Assembly (NCBI GenBank): GCA_963727445.1
Contig: CAVSGI010000008.1
Coordinates: 320,001-384,000, forward strand
Source: an uncultured delta proteobacterium
Lineage (GTDB): Bacteria; Myxococcota_A; Polyangia; Polyangiales; B10-G4
Length of the DNA: 64,000 nucleotides
Reading direction: 5' to 3'
Part shown: one piece after another, positions 9,040 through 19,448 of the stretch
Position numbering within the stretch: the first letter of the stretch is position 1
Layout of the letters: every line of letters begins with the position of its first letter
Notes under the pieces: model-generated
What the model was told of the DNA's origin: nothing
The model's database searches: none
Seen by the model: only the letters and a program-made list of their open reading frames with translations
Translations under genes and position numbers: made by a program

Positions 9040-9453
9040 ATGGGCGAAAGCGAAGCAGACGATGGGGCGGCGCTCATCGCACAGGGCCGCGGCATCTTCT
9101 CCCTCGGCGCGGGACTGATCATCACGATCAACCTCGCAGCGGCGCTCGTGCGCTTCTCGATCACGGGCAATCCGCTCGGCTTCGGACGCGTGGCGCTGAT
9201 CGCCATCTTTCTCTTCGCTGTGTACCGCGGCGCGCCGTGGGCGCGCTTCGTCGTCACGGCGCTCCTCTTCGTGGGCGCGCTACTGTCCTTCATCGGGGCG
9301 GCGATCGCCCGTGAAGTCGCGATGCAGCTCATCTTCCTCGGCAACGGAGGGATCGATCTGGCCTTCGCCGGCGCGCTGATCTGGTCGAAGCCGCTGCGCC
9401 GCTTCCTCGACGCGCAAGCCCTCGCTCGCGAGGTACGTCCCCCCGAGGACTGA
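9040..9453 (+). CDS. Small integral membrane protein (about 4 TM)
   Basis: Four hydrophobic segments; genome-like codon usage. Confidence 0.7.
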   Translation: MGESEADDGAALIAQGRGIFSLGAGLIITINLAAALVRFSITGNPLGFGRVALIAIFLFAVYRGAPWARFVVTALLFVGALLSFIGAAIAREVAMQLIFLGNGGIDLAFAGALIWSKPLRRFLDAQALAREVRPPED

Positions 9454-10354
9454 TCAGCCGAAGGCCTCGAGCGCGGCGCGCGCGACCACCTCGCCCTGCT
9501 CCTGAACGAAATGCCCCGCTTCGGGGAGCACCAGCGGCTCGGGGCAACCCTTCAGGATCATCTGCATCATCTTCATCACCGGCGGGCCGAGCACCGGGTC
9601 CTTCTCGCCGACGGCCATGAAGATCTTGCCGTCCCACTCGCCGCTCCAGAACGCGCCGGCGCGCTTGCCCACGTCGGCGCCTTCCATCTCGGGTGTGATC
9701 GGCACGAGCGCGGGAAAGGTGCGCACGCCCGCCTTGTAGCGATCGTCCGGGAACGGCGCGGCGTAGGCCGCGGCTTCGGCGTCCGTGAGGCCATCGCACG
9801 AGCGTTTCATGAGCCGCGCCACGTCGAAGCCTGGCGTGTTCGCGACGTAGTCGCGCCACTCGAGGAAGCCCTTCGAGACCGGCATGTCGCCGGTGACGAT
9901 GGCGGTGTTCATCACGATCAACCGATCGAAGCGCCCCGGCATGTCCATCGGCAACGTCAGCCCGAGGATCCCGCCCCAGTCCTGACAGACGAGGGTCACG
10001 CCGCGCAGATCGAGGCGCGTGACGAAGCGCATCAACGCGCCGCGATGGAAGCCGAAGGTGTAGACGGCGTCGTCGACGGGCTTGTCGGAGCGGCCGAAGC
10101 CGAAGAAGTCGGGCGCCACCACGCGATGACCCGCCGCGACGAAGACCGGGATCATCTTGCGGTAGAGGTACGCCCACGTCGGCTCGCCATGCAGGCACAA
10201 GAAGACGTGCTCCGCGTCGGCGGGCCCCTCGTCGAATCCAGTGCATCCGGAGGCCTTCGTACCCTTCGAGGTCGTCGACGTAGTGCGGCGCGTAGGAAAA
10301 GCCGTCGAGATCGGCGAATCGCTCGTCGGGGGTGCGAAGGGCTGGGGTGCTCAT
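9454..10354 (-). CDS. Haloalkane dehalogenase (one +1 frameshift near 10236)
   Basis: LRTPDERFADL...LRMHW(I)DEGP, CLHGEPTW, QDWGG and EAGHFVQE motifs split over two frames. Confidence 0.88.
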
Positions 10355-10377
10355 GGCGGGGACGCTACCATCGTCCG

Positions 10378-11556
10378 ATGCACCGCACATGGGCTCTGAC
10401 CGCCTCTCTTCCGCTGCTGCTCGCGCTCTCGGCCTGCGGCGACGACTCCGCGCCCGCGGACACGGGAGTCGACACCGGCACCGTGATGGACACCGGAACC
10501 ACGATGGACACGGGTACGGTGACCGATACCGGCACCACCAGCGACAGCTCCGCGGACAGCGCCGTCGCGGACACCCTCGCGCCGGCCCGCGACCGACTCA
10601 TGTATGTGAGCACGGGCCAGTCCCGCCTCGCCGTCGTCACCCTCGCCGCCGATGGAACGATGAGCGCCGTCAGCGACTTCGAGCTGACGCTGCCCAATGG
10701 CTCGGGGGCGATGACCTACGCGCGCTCGGCCCAGCGCCTCTACCTCGGCGTGGGCGGCGACATCGCCACCGTCGACCTCGACACCGACGGCCGCCCCAGC
10801 CTGGCCGGCGTCACCTCGGGAACGGGCACCCCGGTGTACCTGCAGCCAAACGCCGACGAGAGCGTGCTGGTCAGCGCGTATTTCGGCGACGATCTCTTGC
10901 GCACGAGCGACGTGACGGGCGCGCCCCCCCATCCCGAGCTCGATACGGCGATGACACCCGACGAGCCCCACATGGCCACCTTCGGCCCGAACGGCATGCT
11001 CTACGTGCCTCACCGCAATGGTGAGGTCGTGGAGTGGTACGACGTGGGCGCCGACGGAACGCTGGCGCGCCAGGGGAGCCTCGACTCGGAGGCCGGCGCC
11101 GGCCCCCGCCACGCCGCCTTCACCCCCGACGGCGCCTTCGCTTACGTGATCAACGAGTTCGCGGACAGCGTCAGCGCGCACACCGTCGCGGCCGACGGGT
11201 CGCTCACCCGCATCCAGACCCTCACCACCCTCCCCGCTGGCTTCGACGGCGACATGAACACCTGCGCCGATGTGCACGTCACCCCCGATGGACGCTTCGT
11301 CTACGGCAGCAATCGCGGTCACGACTCGATCGCCATGTTCGAGATCCAGTCGGACGGGATGCTCTCGCCGCTGGGCACCGTGAGCACCGAAGCGACGCCG
11401 CGGGAGTTCGACGTCAGTCCCGACGGCCGCTTCGTCGTGGCCGCCGGCCAGGGCAACGGATTCCTCCAGAGCTACGTCGTCGAGTCCGATGGGACGCTCA
11501 CCAGCGTCAATCGGCTGATGGTGGGCGGGAGCCTCCGCTGGGTCATCATCGACTGA
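10378..11556 (+). CDS. Lactonase-family (6-phosphogluconolactonase-like) beta-propeller lipoprotein
   Basis: LSAC lipobox, DTG-repeat linker, GAGPRH, AYVINE, HVTPDGRFVYGSNRGHDSIA. Confidence 0.85.
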   Translation: MHRTWALTASLPLLLALSACGDDSAPADTGVDTGTVMDTGTTMDTGTVTDTGTTSDSSADSAVADTLAPARDRLMYVSTGQSRLAVVTLAADGTMSAVSDFELTLPNGSGAMTYARSAQRLYLGVGGDIATVDLDTDGRPSLAGVTSGTGTPVYLQPNADESVLVSAYFGDDLLRTSDVTGAPPHPELDTAMTPDEPHMATFGPNGMLYVPHRNGEVVEWYDVGADGTLARQGSLDSEAGAGPRHAAFTPDGAFAYVINEFADSVSAHTVAADGSLTRIQTLTTLPAGFDGDMNTCADVHVTPDGRFVYGSNRGHDSIAMFEIQSDGMLSPLGTVSTEATPREFDVSPDGRFVVAAGQGNGFLQSYVVESDGTLTSVNRLMVGGSLRWVIID

Positions 11557-11573
11557 AGTGATACCCTCGGCGG

Positions 11574-11897
11574 ATGGCGGTGAAACGACGCAAGCTTCGC
11601 GGAAAGCGGCTCCTGATCGTGGCCGGCACCCTGGCCGGCGCGACGCTGATCGGGTGTGGGGACGACGGGAGCCCGATGGATGCTCCAGTGGCCAACCTGC
11701 TCCCGCCGATCGACTCGGCGGTGGACGCCCCGGCGGACAGCGCCGCCGATAGCGCCACCGACGCCCCGCCCAGCGACAGCTCGATGGACGCCACCACGGA
11801 CGGCGCTACCGACGCTGCCAGCGACACGTTGATGCCCATCGACGCCCCGGTCGCCAATCTTCTGCCACCCCCCGATTCCAGCGCCGACGGGGCATGA
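11574..11897 (+). CDS. Asp-rich lipoprotein-like peptide with two PVANLLPP cores (candidate precursor 1)
   Basis: Basic N-region, hydrophobic core, TLIGC lipobox; DAPVANLLPPID and DAPVANLLPPPD. Confidence 0.8.
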   Translation: MAVKRRKLRGKRLLIVAGTLAGATLIGCGDDGSPMDAPVANLLPPIDSAVDAPADSAADSATDAPPSDSSMDATTDGATDAASDTLMPIDAPVANLLPPPDSSADGA

Positions 11898-11909
11898 TAC
11901 GCTCCCCCC

Positions 11910-12209
11910 ATGGCCAAGCGTAGACGTCTCAGGGGAAAGAAGTTGCTCATCGTCAGCGGTGCGATCGCGGGCGCGAGTTTCATCGGGTGTGGGGATGACG
12001 CCACCGCGAATCTGATCGCGCCGCCCGACACCGGCGCGATGGACTCGTCGGCGGACGCCGCGGACACCGGCGCCACCGACACTGGGATGCCTTTCGACGC
12101 GGTCGCGAACCTACTCCCGCCGCCCGACAGCAGCGTGGACGCGACCCCCGACGCGAGCGGTGACGGAAGCGCGGACGGCAGCACCGACGGCAGCGCCGAC
12201 GGCGGCTGA
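11910..12209 (+). CDS. Asp-rich lipoprotein-like peptide with two ANL(L/I)xPPxD cores (candidate precursor 2, paralog of the previous gene)
   Basis: MAKRRRLRGKKLLIV...SFIGCGDD; DATANLIAPPD and DAVANLLPPPD. Confidence 0.8.
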   Translation: MAKRRRLRGKKLLIVSGAIAGASFIGCGDDATANLIAPPDTGAMDSSADAADTGATDTGMPFDAVANLLPPPDSSVDATPDASGDGSADGSTDGSADGG

Positions 12210-12212
12210 TCG

Positions 12213-13097
12213 ATGGCCACGCCCGAGCTCTTCGAGCTGGAGATGCTGGGCGGGCCGATGGAGCGGCGCTACCGTCGCCAGCGGCCCGAGGTCGAGGCCA
12301 TGCCCTGGGGCACCCTCGACGCGTCCGAGTATCCCGACAACCTCGTCTTCGCGGCGCGCAAGTCGTGGACCCGCGCGGCCTTTCAGGAGTACCGCACCGG
12401 CACCGCCTGCGCGCTGACCGTCAAAGCGCTCTACGAGGCGCGCGCGCCGCTGGACCTCACCGCCCTCGCCACGCGCTTCCCCCTCGACGAGCTGGTGCAC
12501 GTCGAGCTGACCTCGCGCATGGCGATGGAGCTCGGCGGGGGCGTGCCCGTCTACATGGATCCGGACAACATGATCGTCCGGCCCATCGACGAGAGCCCGG
12601 TGCTCCGCTGCTCGGATCTCGTGGTCCGCTTCTTCTGCGTGGGCGAGGCGCTGTCGATCCCCATGCTCCGCGGAACGTGGAAAGCAGCGGTTCATCCGCT
12701 GTCGAAGGCGGTGCTCGGGCGCATCGTCCGGGACGAAGCCGCGCACGGGTCTTTTGGTTGGGTCTACCTCGACTGGGCGCTGCCGCTCCTCGACGAAGAG
12801 GAAGGGCCGCGCGCGCGAGAGGTGCTGGCCCAGGCCGCGGACGCCACCATCGAGCGGGTGAAGGCGAACTGGGAGCACATCCGCAACCAGCCCTCGGGGC
12901 CGGACAGCGCGATCCACGCCCTCGGCTGGCTCTCCACCGACGCCTACCTGAAGCTCGCCAAGCTGAGCCTCGAGCGCAACGTGCTGCGCCCGCTTCGAAA
13001 GCGGGGCATCCCGATCACCAGCACCGCCGAAGACGTGCCGCTCCGCAACGAGGACGAGATGGCCGTCGAAGCGGCCGACCCCGTCGGCACTACCTGA
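12213..13097 (+). CDS. Ferritin-like diiron domain protein
   Basis: Four-helix-bundle ligand pattern E...DExxH...E...DExxH (FQEY, DELVH, VGEA, DEAAH). Confidence 0.8.
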   Translation: MATPELFELEMLGGPMERRYRRQRPEVEAMPWGTLDASEYPDNLVFAARKSWTRAAFQEYRTGTACALTVKALYEARAPLDLTALATRFPLDELVHVELTSRMAMELGGGVPVYMDPDNMIVRPIDESPVLRCSDLVVRFFCVGEALSIPMLRGTWKAAVHPLSKAVLGRIVRDEAAHGSFGWVYLDWALPLLDEEEGPRAREVLAQAADATIERVKANWEHIRNQPSGPDSAIHALGWLSTDAYLKLAKLSLERNVLRPLRKRGIPITSTAEDVPLRNEDEMAVEAADPVGTT

Positions 13098-14467
13098 GCG
13101 GGATCTCGGCGAGCAGCTCCCGCGACAGCGGCGGATCGTTCGCCTCCTCGGGCACCGTGGAGACGTAGAGCTTGTAGAAGCGGACGGCGCGCGCGTCCTC
13201 GCTCGCCTCGGAGAGGGGCCCAGACGCGCTCACCCGGCGAAAGAACGCTTCGAAGCGTCGCGTGTCTGCGCGCGCGCGCTCGTGCGAGCCGAGGAGGCTC
13301 CAGGACAGTGCCCACCAGCGCTGGGAGAGCCCGTCCGGGCTCATCCACTCGACCGGCACCGTCTCGGTGCGCCCGTCGCCGTGCACGAGCTCCACCTCCA
13401 TCACGGGCAGGCGCGCGGCCACCGTGCGATGGAACTTCGGGTAGCAGGCGAAGGGCCACCCGTCGCTGATCCCGAGCGCGCCGAAGACGAGGTTGCCGGC
13501 GACGAGGATGGCGCCGACCACGTAGACGGCGCGCCCGGCCGCGCGCTTCGCGCCCTGTGCGGCGGGGCGCGCGACCGGGCGTACCGATCTTCGCGCGCAC
13601 CCAGCGGTAGGCGTCGGTCCACGGCACGAAGGCGACGTAGGTGAGCCAGAGCGCGGGGAAGTGCAGCCCCATGAAGTACGCCGTGAGCTGGTGGAAGAGG
13701 AGCGCGCCGATGACCGCGATGAGCCGGGTCCGCCGGAAGAGCACCAGCACCACGAAGCTCAGCTCGAGGATGACCACCGAGAGCGCGCCGAGGCGCAAGA
13801 GCGTGGGGTAGTGGTCGATGCGAAAGAGCGGCTCGAGCCCCGGGATCTGAAACCACTTGGCGTACATCTGGTTCTGCAGGTTGTCGCTCCAGATCCAGCC
13901 CCAGCCGCTCTCGAGGAGCTTCCACAGGCCGGGGAAGAAGAAGACGATCCCGATGAGGATCCAGACGAAGCGCAGCGGCACGCCATGGGCGAGATCGGCG
14001 ACATTCGGCACGGAGCGCCCGCGGCGCCGCGCGATGAGCGCGTCGATGGAGAGCGCGTCACCCGAGGGGCTCGCCGCGAGCAGGGCCGCAAACCAGATCA
14101 GGTGGTGATAGTGGAACGCCGAGCCCGCGAACTGGGGGATACCGAGGAGGTAGAGGCCGACCACGGTCACCACGAGCCAGCTCGTTCGGGAGAAGAGGCC
14201 GACCGTGCCCGAGACGATCGCCACCAGCATCACCCAGTAGGCGACCCGGGCCAGAGGAACTGTCATCGGGATGGTGCCGATGACCCAGGCCAGACCGATC
14301 GGCGGAGTTCGAACGGCGTCCGAGAGGGCGGCCCAGCGAACCGCGGCGTGGAGGTCGGGGAGCCGGAGCAGGACCAGGCCGACGACGACGCGGAACACGG
14401 CGAGATCCACGGCCGGGCTCTCGGCCCAGCGGGAGAGGCGCTCGATCACCCTCTTTCGCGCCGTCAC
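13090..14467 (-). CDS. HTTM-domain membrane protein (one +1 frameshift near 13560-13580)
   Basis: DLAVFRVVVG, SPSGDALSIDAL, FFFPGLWKL, LLFHQLT...MG; the C-terminus with WPFACYPKF lies in a second frame (13090..13521). Confidence 0.75.
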
Positions 14468-14565
14468 GGGCGAACCCTAACCCCGGAAGGGGCCGGTCAA
14501 AAACAGCACGTGAAGGCCCCCGTTTCGGGCTATTCTCCCGCGCGCGGGGGACCTGAGGAGCCACA

Positions 14566-14940
14566 GTGCAGCGGATCACCGTCAATCTCGTCGTCGATTC
14601 CATCGAGGCCTGCCTTCCCTTCTGGGAGGGGCGCCTGGGGTTCGACCGCGCGGTAGAAGCCCCGGAAGGCGACGTTCTCGGCTTCGTCGTCCTCGAGAAG
14701 GACGGCCTCGAGATCAACATGCAGACCCCGCAGAGTCTGGCGAACGACATCGTCGAGCTCTCCGGCGATCGCTATCGCAGCTTCATCTACATCCACGTGG
14801 ATGACCTCGAGCCGATCCGCGGAGCCCTCGTCGACCACGCCAAGGTCATCCCGGAGCGAGAGACCTTCGACGGCGTCAAAGAGCTGGTCGTCCGCGACCC
14901 CGCCGGCAACGTGGTGATCTTCGCACAACAAGTGGATTGA
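14566..14940 (+). CDS. VOC/glyoxalase family protein
   Basis: NLVVDSIEACLPFW...LGF, IYIHVDDL, ELVVRDPAGNVVIFAQ. Confidence 0.85.
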   Translation: MQRITVNLVVDSIEACLPFWEGRLGFDRAVEAPEGDVLGFVVLEKDGLEINMQTPQSLANDIVELSGDRYRSFIYIHVDDLEPIRGALVDHAKVIPERETFDGVKELVVRDPAGNVVIFAQQVD

Positions 14941-15902
14941 TGCGGGGAGCGGGGGGCCTACTCGCCCTGCTCGCGCTCGCGGGCGGGTGCGGGAGTGAGC
15001 GGCAGAGAGAGCCGCCGTTAGCGGAGACCCGCGAGCGCCCCGAGCAAGGCGCGGAGGAGACCTCGGACGAGGCCTCGTCCGACGAGACGCCCGAGGCGGA
15101 GGCGCGGCTGGCGGCGCCCACGTGTGAAGAACGTCGCGCCGAGATGGACGCATCGATCGCCGCCGTGGTCGCTGCGCATGCGGAGTGCACCTACGACGTC
15201 GAGTGCGTCGCGGCGCCGGGCGGTGGCGATTGCGCGACCGGTTGCGACGTCGCGGTCCATCCACGGGGCGTCGGCGCGGTCCACGAGGCGGTGCGACGGA
15301 TCTCCGACGCGCTCTGCCCACCCTTTCTCGAAGCCGGGTGCGAGGCGCCCCCCGCCGAGTGTGCGCGGAGCACGGCCCGATGCGCGTCGGGGCGCTGCGC
15401 GATGGAAGAGGGCGAGGCGCCGCTCCGCGAGCTGGCGGTGCCGGCGGAGAACGAAGCCCGCCGAAGCGAAGATCCGCCGCCGCGCCCGTCCCCTGGAGAC
15501 GCGGAAGAGGAGCGGGCCCGGCGCCTCTTCGACGCCGTGGTCCACGACGAGCCCGAGCGCGCTTCCGACTTCTTCTTCCCACGCGAAGCCTTCGCCGTGG
15601 TCAAGGCCATCGCCGACCCCGACGGCTACTGGAAGCGGCTCCATGGCCGCTACGTGCGGGACATCCACGCCCTCCACGCCGAGCTCGGCGACCTGTCGGA
15701 CGCGGAGTTTCAGCGCCTCGAGATCATCCGTCGTGGGGGCTGGGTCCAGGTCGGGGAGGAGGGCAACGCCCTGCCCTACTGGGTCGCGCGCCACAACCGC
15801 CTCTACTACAGGGTCGGCGGCGAGGAACGGAGCTTCGAGGTGCGCGTGGTGATCACCTGGGGCGATCGCTGGTACATCACCCACCTGAGCGAGTTCCACT
15901 GA
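14940..15902 (+). CDS. Lipoprotein with Cys-rich domain and C-terminal alpha/beta domain
   Basis: LAGGC lipobox; CTYDVEC...CASGRC; C-terminal FFFPREAF...VITWGDRWYITHL. Confidence 0.7.
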   Translation: MRGAGGLLALLALAGGCGSERQREPPLAETRERPEQGAEETSDEASSDETPEAEARLAAPTCEERRAEMDASIAAVVAAHAECTYDVECVAAPGGGDCATGCDVAVHPRGVGAVHEAVRRISDALCPPFLEAGCEAPPAECARSTARCASGRCAMEEGEAPLRELAVPAENEARRSEDPPPRPSPGDAEEERARRLFDAVVHDEPERASDFFFPREAFAVVKAIADPDGYWKRLHGRYVRDIHALHAELGDLSDAEFQRLEIIRRGGWVQVGEEGNALPYWVARHNRLYYRVGGEERSFEVRVVITWGDRWYITHLSEFH

Positions 15903-15951
15903 GGCACGAGAGCATGGTCCCCCACAGGGCGCCTGTGGCATCCTCGGCGCG

Positions 15952-16851
15952 ATGAGGTTCATCGTCTCAGCGCTCCTCGCGATGCTGGCCCTCGCGGCCA
16001 CGGCGCCGAACGCCCGCGCGCAGGACGACGGCGAGGGCGACGGTCAGGAGCAGGACCAGGACCAGGGGCGCGGGATGACCGAGGCCGATCGCGAGTCCCG
16101 CATCCACTTCGAGGCCGGGCAGGCGCACTACGAGCGAGGCGATTACGAGAGCGCCGCGCGCGAGTTCGAAGCGGGCTACGCCCGCCAGCCGCTCAGCGCC
16201 TTTCTCTTCAACCTCTACTTGACCTACGAGCGCATGGGCGACTTCGCGGGCGCCGCCCAGCGCCTCGACGAGTACCTCCAAGCGGAACCGAACGTCGAAG
16301 GGCGAGACGTCCTGGACGATCGTCTACAGAACCTGCGCCGTCGCGCGGCCAATCAGGCGGGGACCGAGACGGAAGCGGGGACCGAGACGGAGACGGGGAC
16401 CGAGACCGGGACGGAGACGGAGACCGGGACAGTGACGGAGACGGAGACCGGGACGGTGCCGGTCGTGGACGCGGACACGGACTCCGCCGCGGAATCGGGC
16501 GGCTCCGACTTCACGGTCCCCGCGATCATCGGCTTCGCCGTCGGCGGCCTCGGGCTCGCGGCCTTCGGGGTCTTCGGGGCGCTGACCCTCGCCGAGGACT
16601 CGCGCCTCTCCGACGTGTGCGGGACCGACTACGGTATCGGGGGCGGCTACTGCACCTCCGACGAGGTCCAGGCGGAGCGCACCTTCGGCCTCATCGCGGA
16701 CATCGGCCTGGGCATCGGGCTCGCCGGCGCGATCGCGGGCACCATCCTGCTTCTGTTGAGCGGGGGAGAGGCGGAGGAGACGACCGCCCGCTTCAGACCC
16801 GTCGTCAGCGACACCGCCGTCGGCATGAACGCGGAGGTCGCGCTCCCATGA
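15952..16851 (+). CDS. Secreted TPR protein with ETETGT linker and C-terminal hydrophobic segments
   Basis: Signal peptide; HFEAGQAHYERGDYESAAREFEAGY and LFNLYLTYERMG TPR-like helices. Confidence 0.8.
   Translation: MRFIVSALLAMLALAATAPNARAQDDGEGDGQEQDQDQGRGMTEADRESRIHFEAGQAHYERGDYESAAREFEAGYARQPLSAFLFNLYLTYERMGDFAGAAQRLDEYLQAEPNVEGRDVLDDRLQNLRRRAANQAGTETEAGTETETGTETGTETETGTVTETETGTVPVVDADTDSAAESGGSDFTVPAIIGFAVGGLGLAAFGVFGALTLAEDSRLSDVCGTDYGIGGGYCTSDEVQAERTFGLIADIGLGIGLAGAIAGTILLLLSGGEAEETTARFRPVVSDTAVGMNAEVALP
16361..16458 (+). repeat. Degenerate hexamer repeat (GAGACG/GGGACC) encoding a Glu-Thr/Gly-Thr linker
   Basis: Directly visible tandem 6-mers. Confidence 0.8.
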
Positions 16852-17552
16852 AGCGAGCGCTCATCCTGCTCTTCCCGGCGCTGCTCTCGTCGTGCAGCCT
16901 GGCGACCGATCCCGATCGCCACACCACTGGCGCGCCCGTCAGCGCCGAGAATTTCTGCGACGAATACGCGAACACCGTCTGCGCGGCCAACATCGCTTGC
17001 TGCGCCACGCCGACCGATGGATGCCTCACCGTTGTCCGGACCGTCTGCATGCTCTACGGACCCGCCATCCAGAGCGACCTCACGGGCTTCAACCCGCGTC
17101 GCGCCGGGCGGTACCTCGCCGACTATCGCGAGCGCGCTTCGACCTGCGATCCCTCGGTCTCCGAGGTTCTCGATATTCGTCACACGATGCGCGCGCTCTT
17201 CGATGGCACACGTGCGGCACACGAACGCTGCGACCCGACGGGCACTCTGGACGTCGTTCCTTTCGCCTCCTGCCTCGGCGACCTGGAGTGTCAGCTGACG
17301 ATCAGCAGAACCTTCGAGTGCGCAGAACCGGGCACGCAGGGAGATCCTTGCATTTCCTACCTGTCGTGTGCAGAAGGCCTGACCTGCCTCGACGCCGCCA
17401 CGGGATCTCCCGGCCACTGCGACCAGCCTCTGGGCGACGGCATGGCGTGCACCGACAACAACCAGTGCGCCAGCCTGCGCTGCAGCGCTTCGCACGGCAA
17501 CACGTGCCAGCCCCGCACCGTGGAGTCGGCGTACTGTTCCGCCGACCCCTGA
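16848..17552 (+). CDS. Cys-rich lipoprotein
   Basis: MKRALILLFPALLSSC; about 18 Cys; ATGA overlap with the TPR gene. Confidence 0.75.
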   Translation: MKRALILLFPALLSSCSLATDPDRHTTGAPVSAENFCDEYANTVCAANIACCATPTDGCLTVVRTVCMLYGPAIQSDLTGFNPRRAGRYLADYRERASTCDPSVSEVLDIRHTMRALFDGTRAAHERCDPTGTLDVVPFASCLGDLECQLTISRTFECAEPGTQGDPCISYLSCAEGLTCLDAATGSPGHCDQPLGDGMACTDNNQCASLRCSASHGNTCQPRTVESAYCSADP

Positions 17553-17562
17553 GCGCGAAGAT

Positions 17563-19314
17563 CTAGATCGAGATCGACCCCTCGCGGAACTTGCTCTTCG
17601 CGAGGTGCACGTTGATGAGCACCGGCTTGCCCTCGGCGGCGATGGACTTCGCCTCCTCCAGGGTCTCGTCCACCTTCGTCGGGTCGGTGAGCAAGAGGCC
17701 CTTGCCGCCGTAGCCCTCGGCCACGTCGTGGTAGGACGTGCGAAGGAGCGTGGTGCCGACCTCGTCACCGAGGATCACCACCTGGTCGCGGGCGATCTGT
17801 GCCCAGCTGGCGTCGGTCCCGACCACGCCGATCGGGGCGAGGCCGTGACGGGCGTAGGTGTCGAACTCGCTGATGCTGTAGGCGCAGGATCCGTCACCCC
17901 AGATGATCCAGACCTCCGAGCCCGGGCGCACGTAAGAAGCGCCCACCGCGAAGCCACCGCCGACGCCGAGGGTCCCGAAGACGCCCGGGTCCAACCAAGA
18001 GAGCGGCGAGCGCGGACGCAAGATGTAGGCAGCCGTCGCCACGAAGTCGCCGCCGTCCGCGACGATCACCGAGTCGTCGCTCATCTTCTGCTCGAGGCGC
18101 TGAAAGAAGTGGATCGGATCCACCAGCTCCGAGTCGCTACGGCCCTCGGCGGCGATCTCCGCGTCGCGGGCCGCCTCGCGCTCCACCAGCTTTTCGAACC
18201 AGTCGTCCCAGCGCCCCTCGCTGCGCCCTGCCTCGCGCGCCAGCGCGACGAGGAAGTCCGCGGCGTTGGTCTGGATCGCGATCTCCGGGCGCCGGTTCTT
18301 CCGCAGCTCCTCGGCGCTGAGGTTGACCGCCACCAGCGTCGCCTTCTTGCTGATCGAGAGCCCATACTTGAGCCGGAAATCGAAGGGGAAGCCGCAGACG
18401 ATCACCAGGTCGGCCTCCTTGAGGGCGCGACCGCGCTTGTGTCGAAACTGGATGTCGCTGTGGCGTCCGAGCAGGCCGCGGGCGGTTCCACCGAGCCAGG
18501 TCGGAACGCCCAACGTGTTGACCGCATCGGCGAGCGGGCGCGGGTCGGCGCAGTTCACCATCGTCTGGCTGCCGACCACCAGCGCGGGCCGGCGCGCCTT
18601 GCGCAGGAGCGAGGCCACCTTGCCGAGCTGGGCGTCGGCGAACGCGCGCTTGGGCAGATCGAGCCCCGGCATCGGGAGCTCCAGGCTCACGTGCGGCATG
18701 TGGAACTGCCGGTAGAGGTGGCCCTTCAGATAGAGGCCGAGGGCGCGCGCACCGATCCCCTTGGCGTCTTCGACGCCGGCCTCTTTCAGGTACCAGTCGC
18801 GCACCACGTGCTCCGGATAGAGGATGTCCACCGGCACTTCGATGAAGACAGGTCCTGGCACCCCACCCTTGGCGATCTCGAAGGCCCTCTCCACCGTCGG
18901 TCCCAGCTCGGCCACGGTGGAGACGCTGGTCGCCCACTTGGTGCAGGGACGCATCAGCGCCAGCTGGTCGATGTCCTGCAGCGATCCCCTGCCCTTCAGG
19001 ATCGTCGCCGTCGCGCCGCCGAAGAGCACCATCGGCGTCTGCGCCATCTGGGCGTTCTTGAGCGCGGTGATGGCGTTGGTCACGCCGGGTCCGGCGGTCA
19101 CCGCGGCGACACCCGGCCGCCCCGTCATGCGCGCGGTGGCGTCGGCCGCGAAGACCGCGTTCCGCTCGTCGCGACAGTCGACGACCTTGATGCCGCGCTC
19201 CTTGGCGCCGATCAGGATGGGGGAGATGTGTCCGCCGCAGAGGGTGTAGACGAAGGGCACCCCGTGACGGGAGAGAACCTCGCCGACGATCGCGCCGCCG
19301 TGGGACTTGGGCAT
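17563..19314 (-). CDS. Thiamine pyrophosphate-dependent enzyme (acetolactate synthase-like/2-hydroxyacyl-CoA lyase-like)
   Basis: [46 protein letters not shown]. Confidence 0.9.
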   Translation of the reverse strand: MPKSHGGAIVGEVLSRHGVPFVYTLCGGHISPILIGAKERGIKVVDCRDERNAVFAADATARMTGRPGVAAVTAGPGVTNAITALKNAQMAQTPMVLFGGATATILKGRGSLQDIDQLALMRPCTKWATSVSTVAELGPTVERAFEIAKGGVPGPVFIEVPVDILYPEHVVRDWYLKEAGVEDAKGIGARALGLYLKGHLYRQFHMPHVSLELPMPGLDLPKRAFADAQLGKVASLLRKARRPALVVGSQTMVNCADPRPLADAVNTLGVPTWLGGTARGLLGRHSDIQFRHKRGRALKEADLVIVCGFPFDFRLKYGLSISKKATLVAVNLSAEELRKNRRPEIAIQTNAADFLVALAREAGRSEGRWDDWFEKLVEREAARDAEIAAEGRSDSELVDPIHFFQRLEQKMSDDSVIVADGGDFVATAAYILRPRSPLSWLDPGVFGTLGVGGGFAVGASYVRPGSEVWIIWGDGSCAYSISEFDTYARHGLAPIGVVGTDASWAQIARDQVVILGDEVGTTLLRTSYHDVAEGYGGKGLLLTDPTKVDETLEEAKSIAAEGKPVLINVHLAKSKFREGSISI

Positions 19315-19448
19315 GTGGCCTCGCTTGTCGTTCTTTCTGCGGCGAATTCTGCCGCCGCGCGGGCCGTAATAGCGCCCACGGCTCCCCCCGTCGAGGGGCG
19401 GCGGAGCCCGGGCAGAAGCCGGGCGCACAAAGGGCTACTCTGCGCTCG

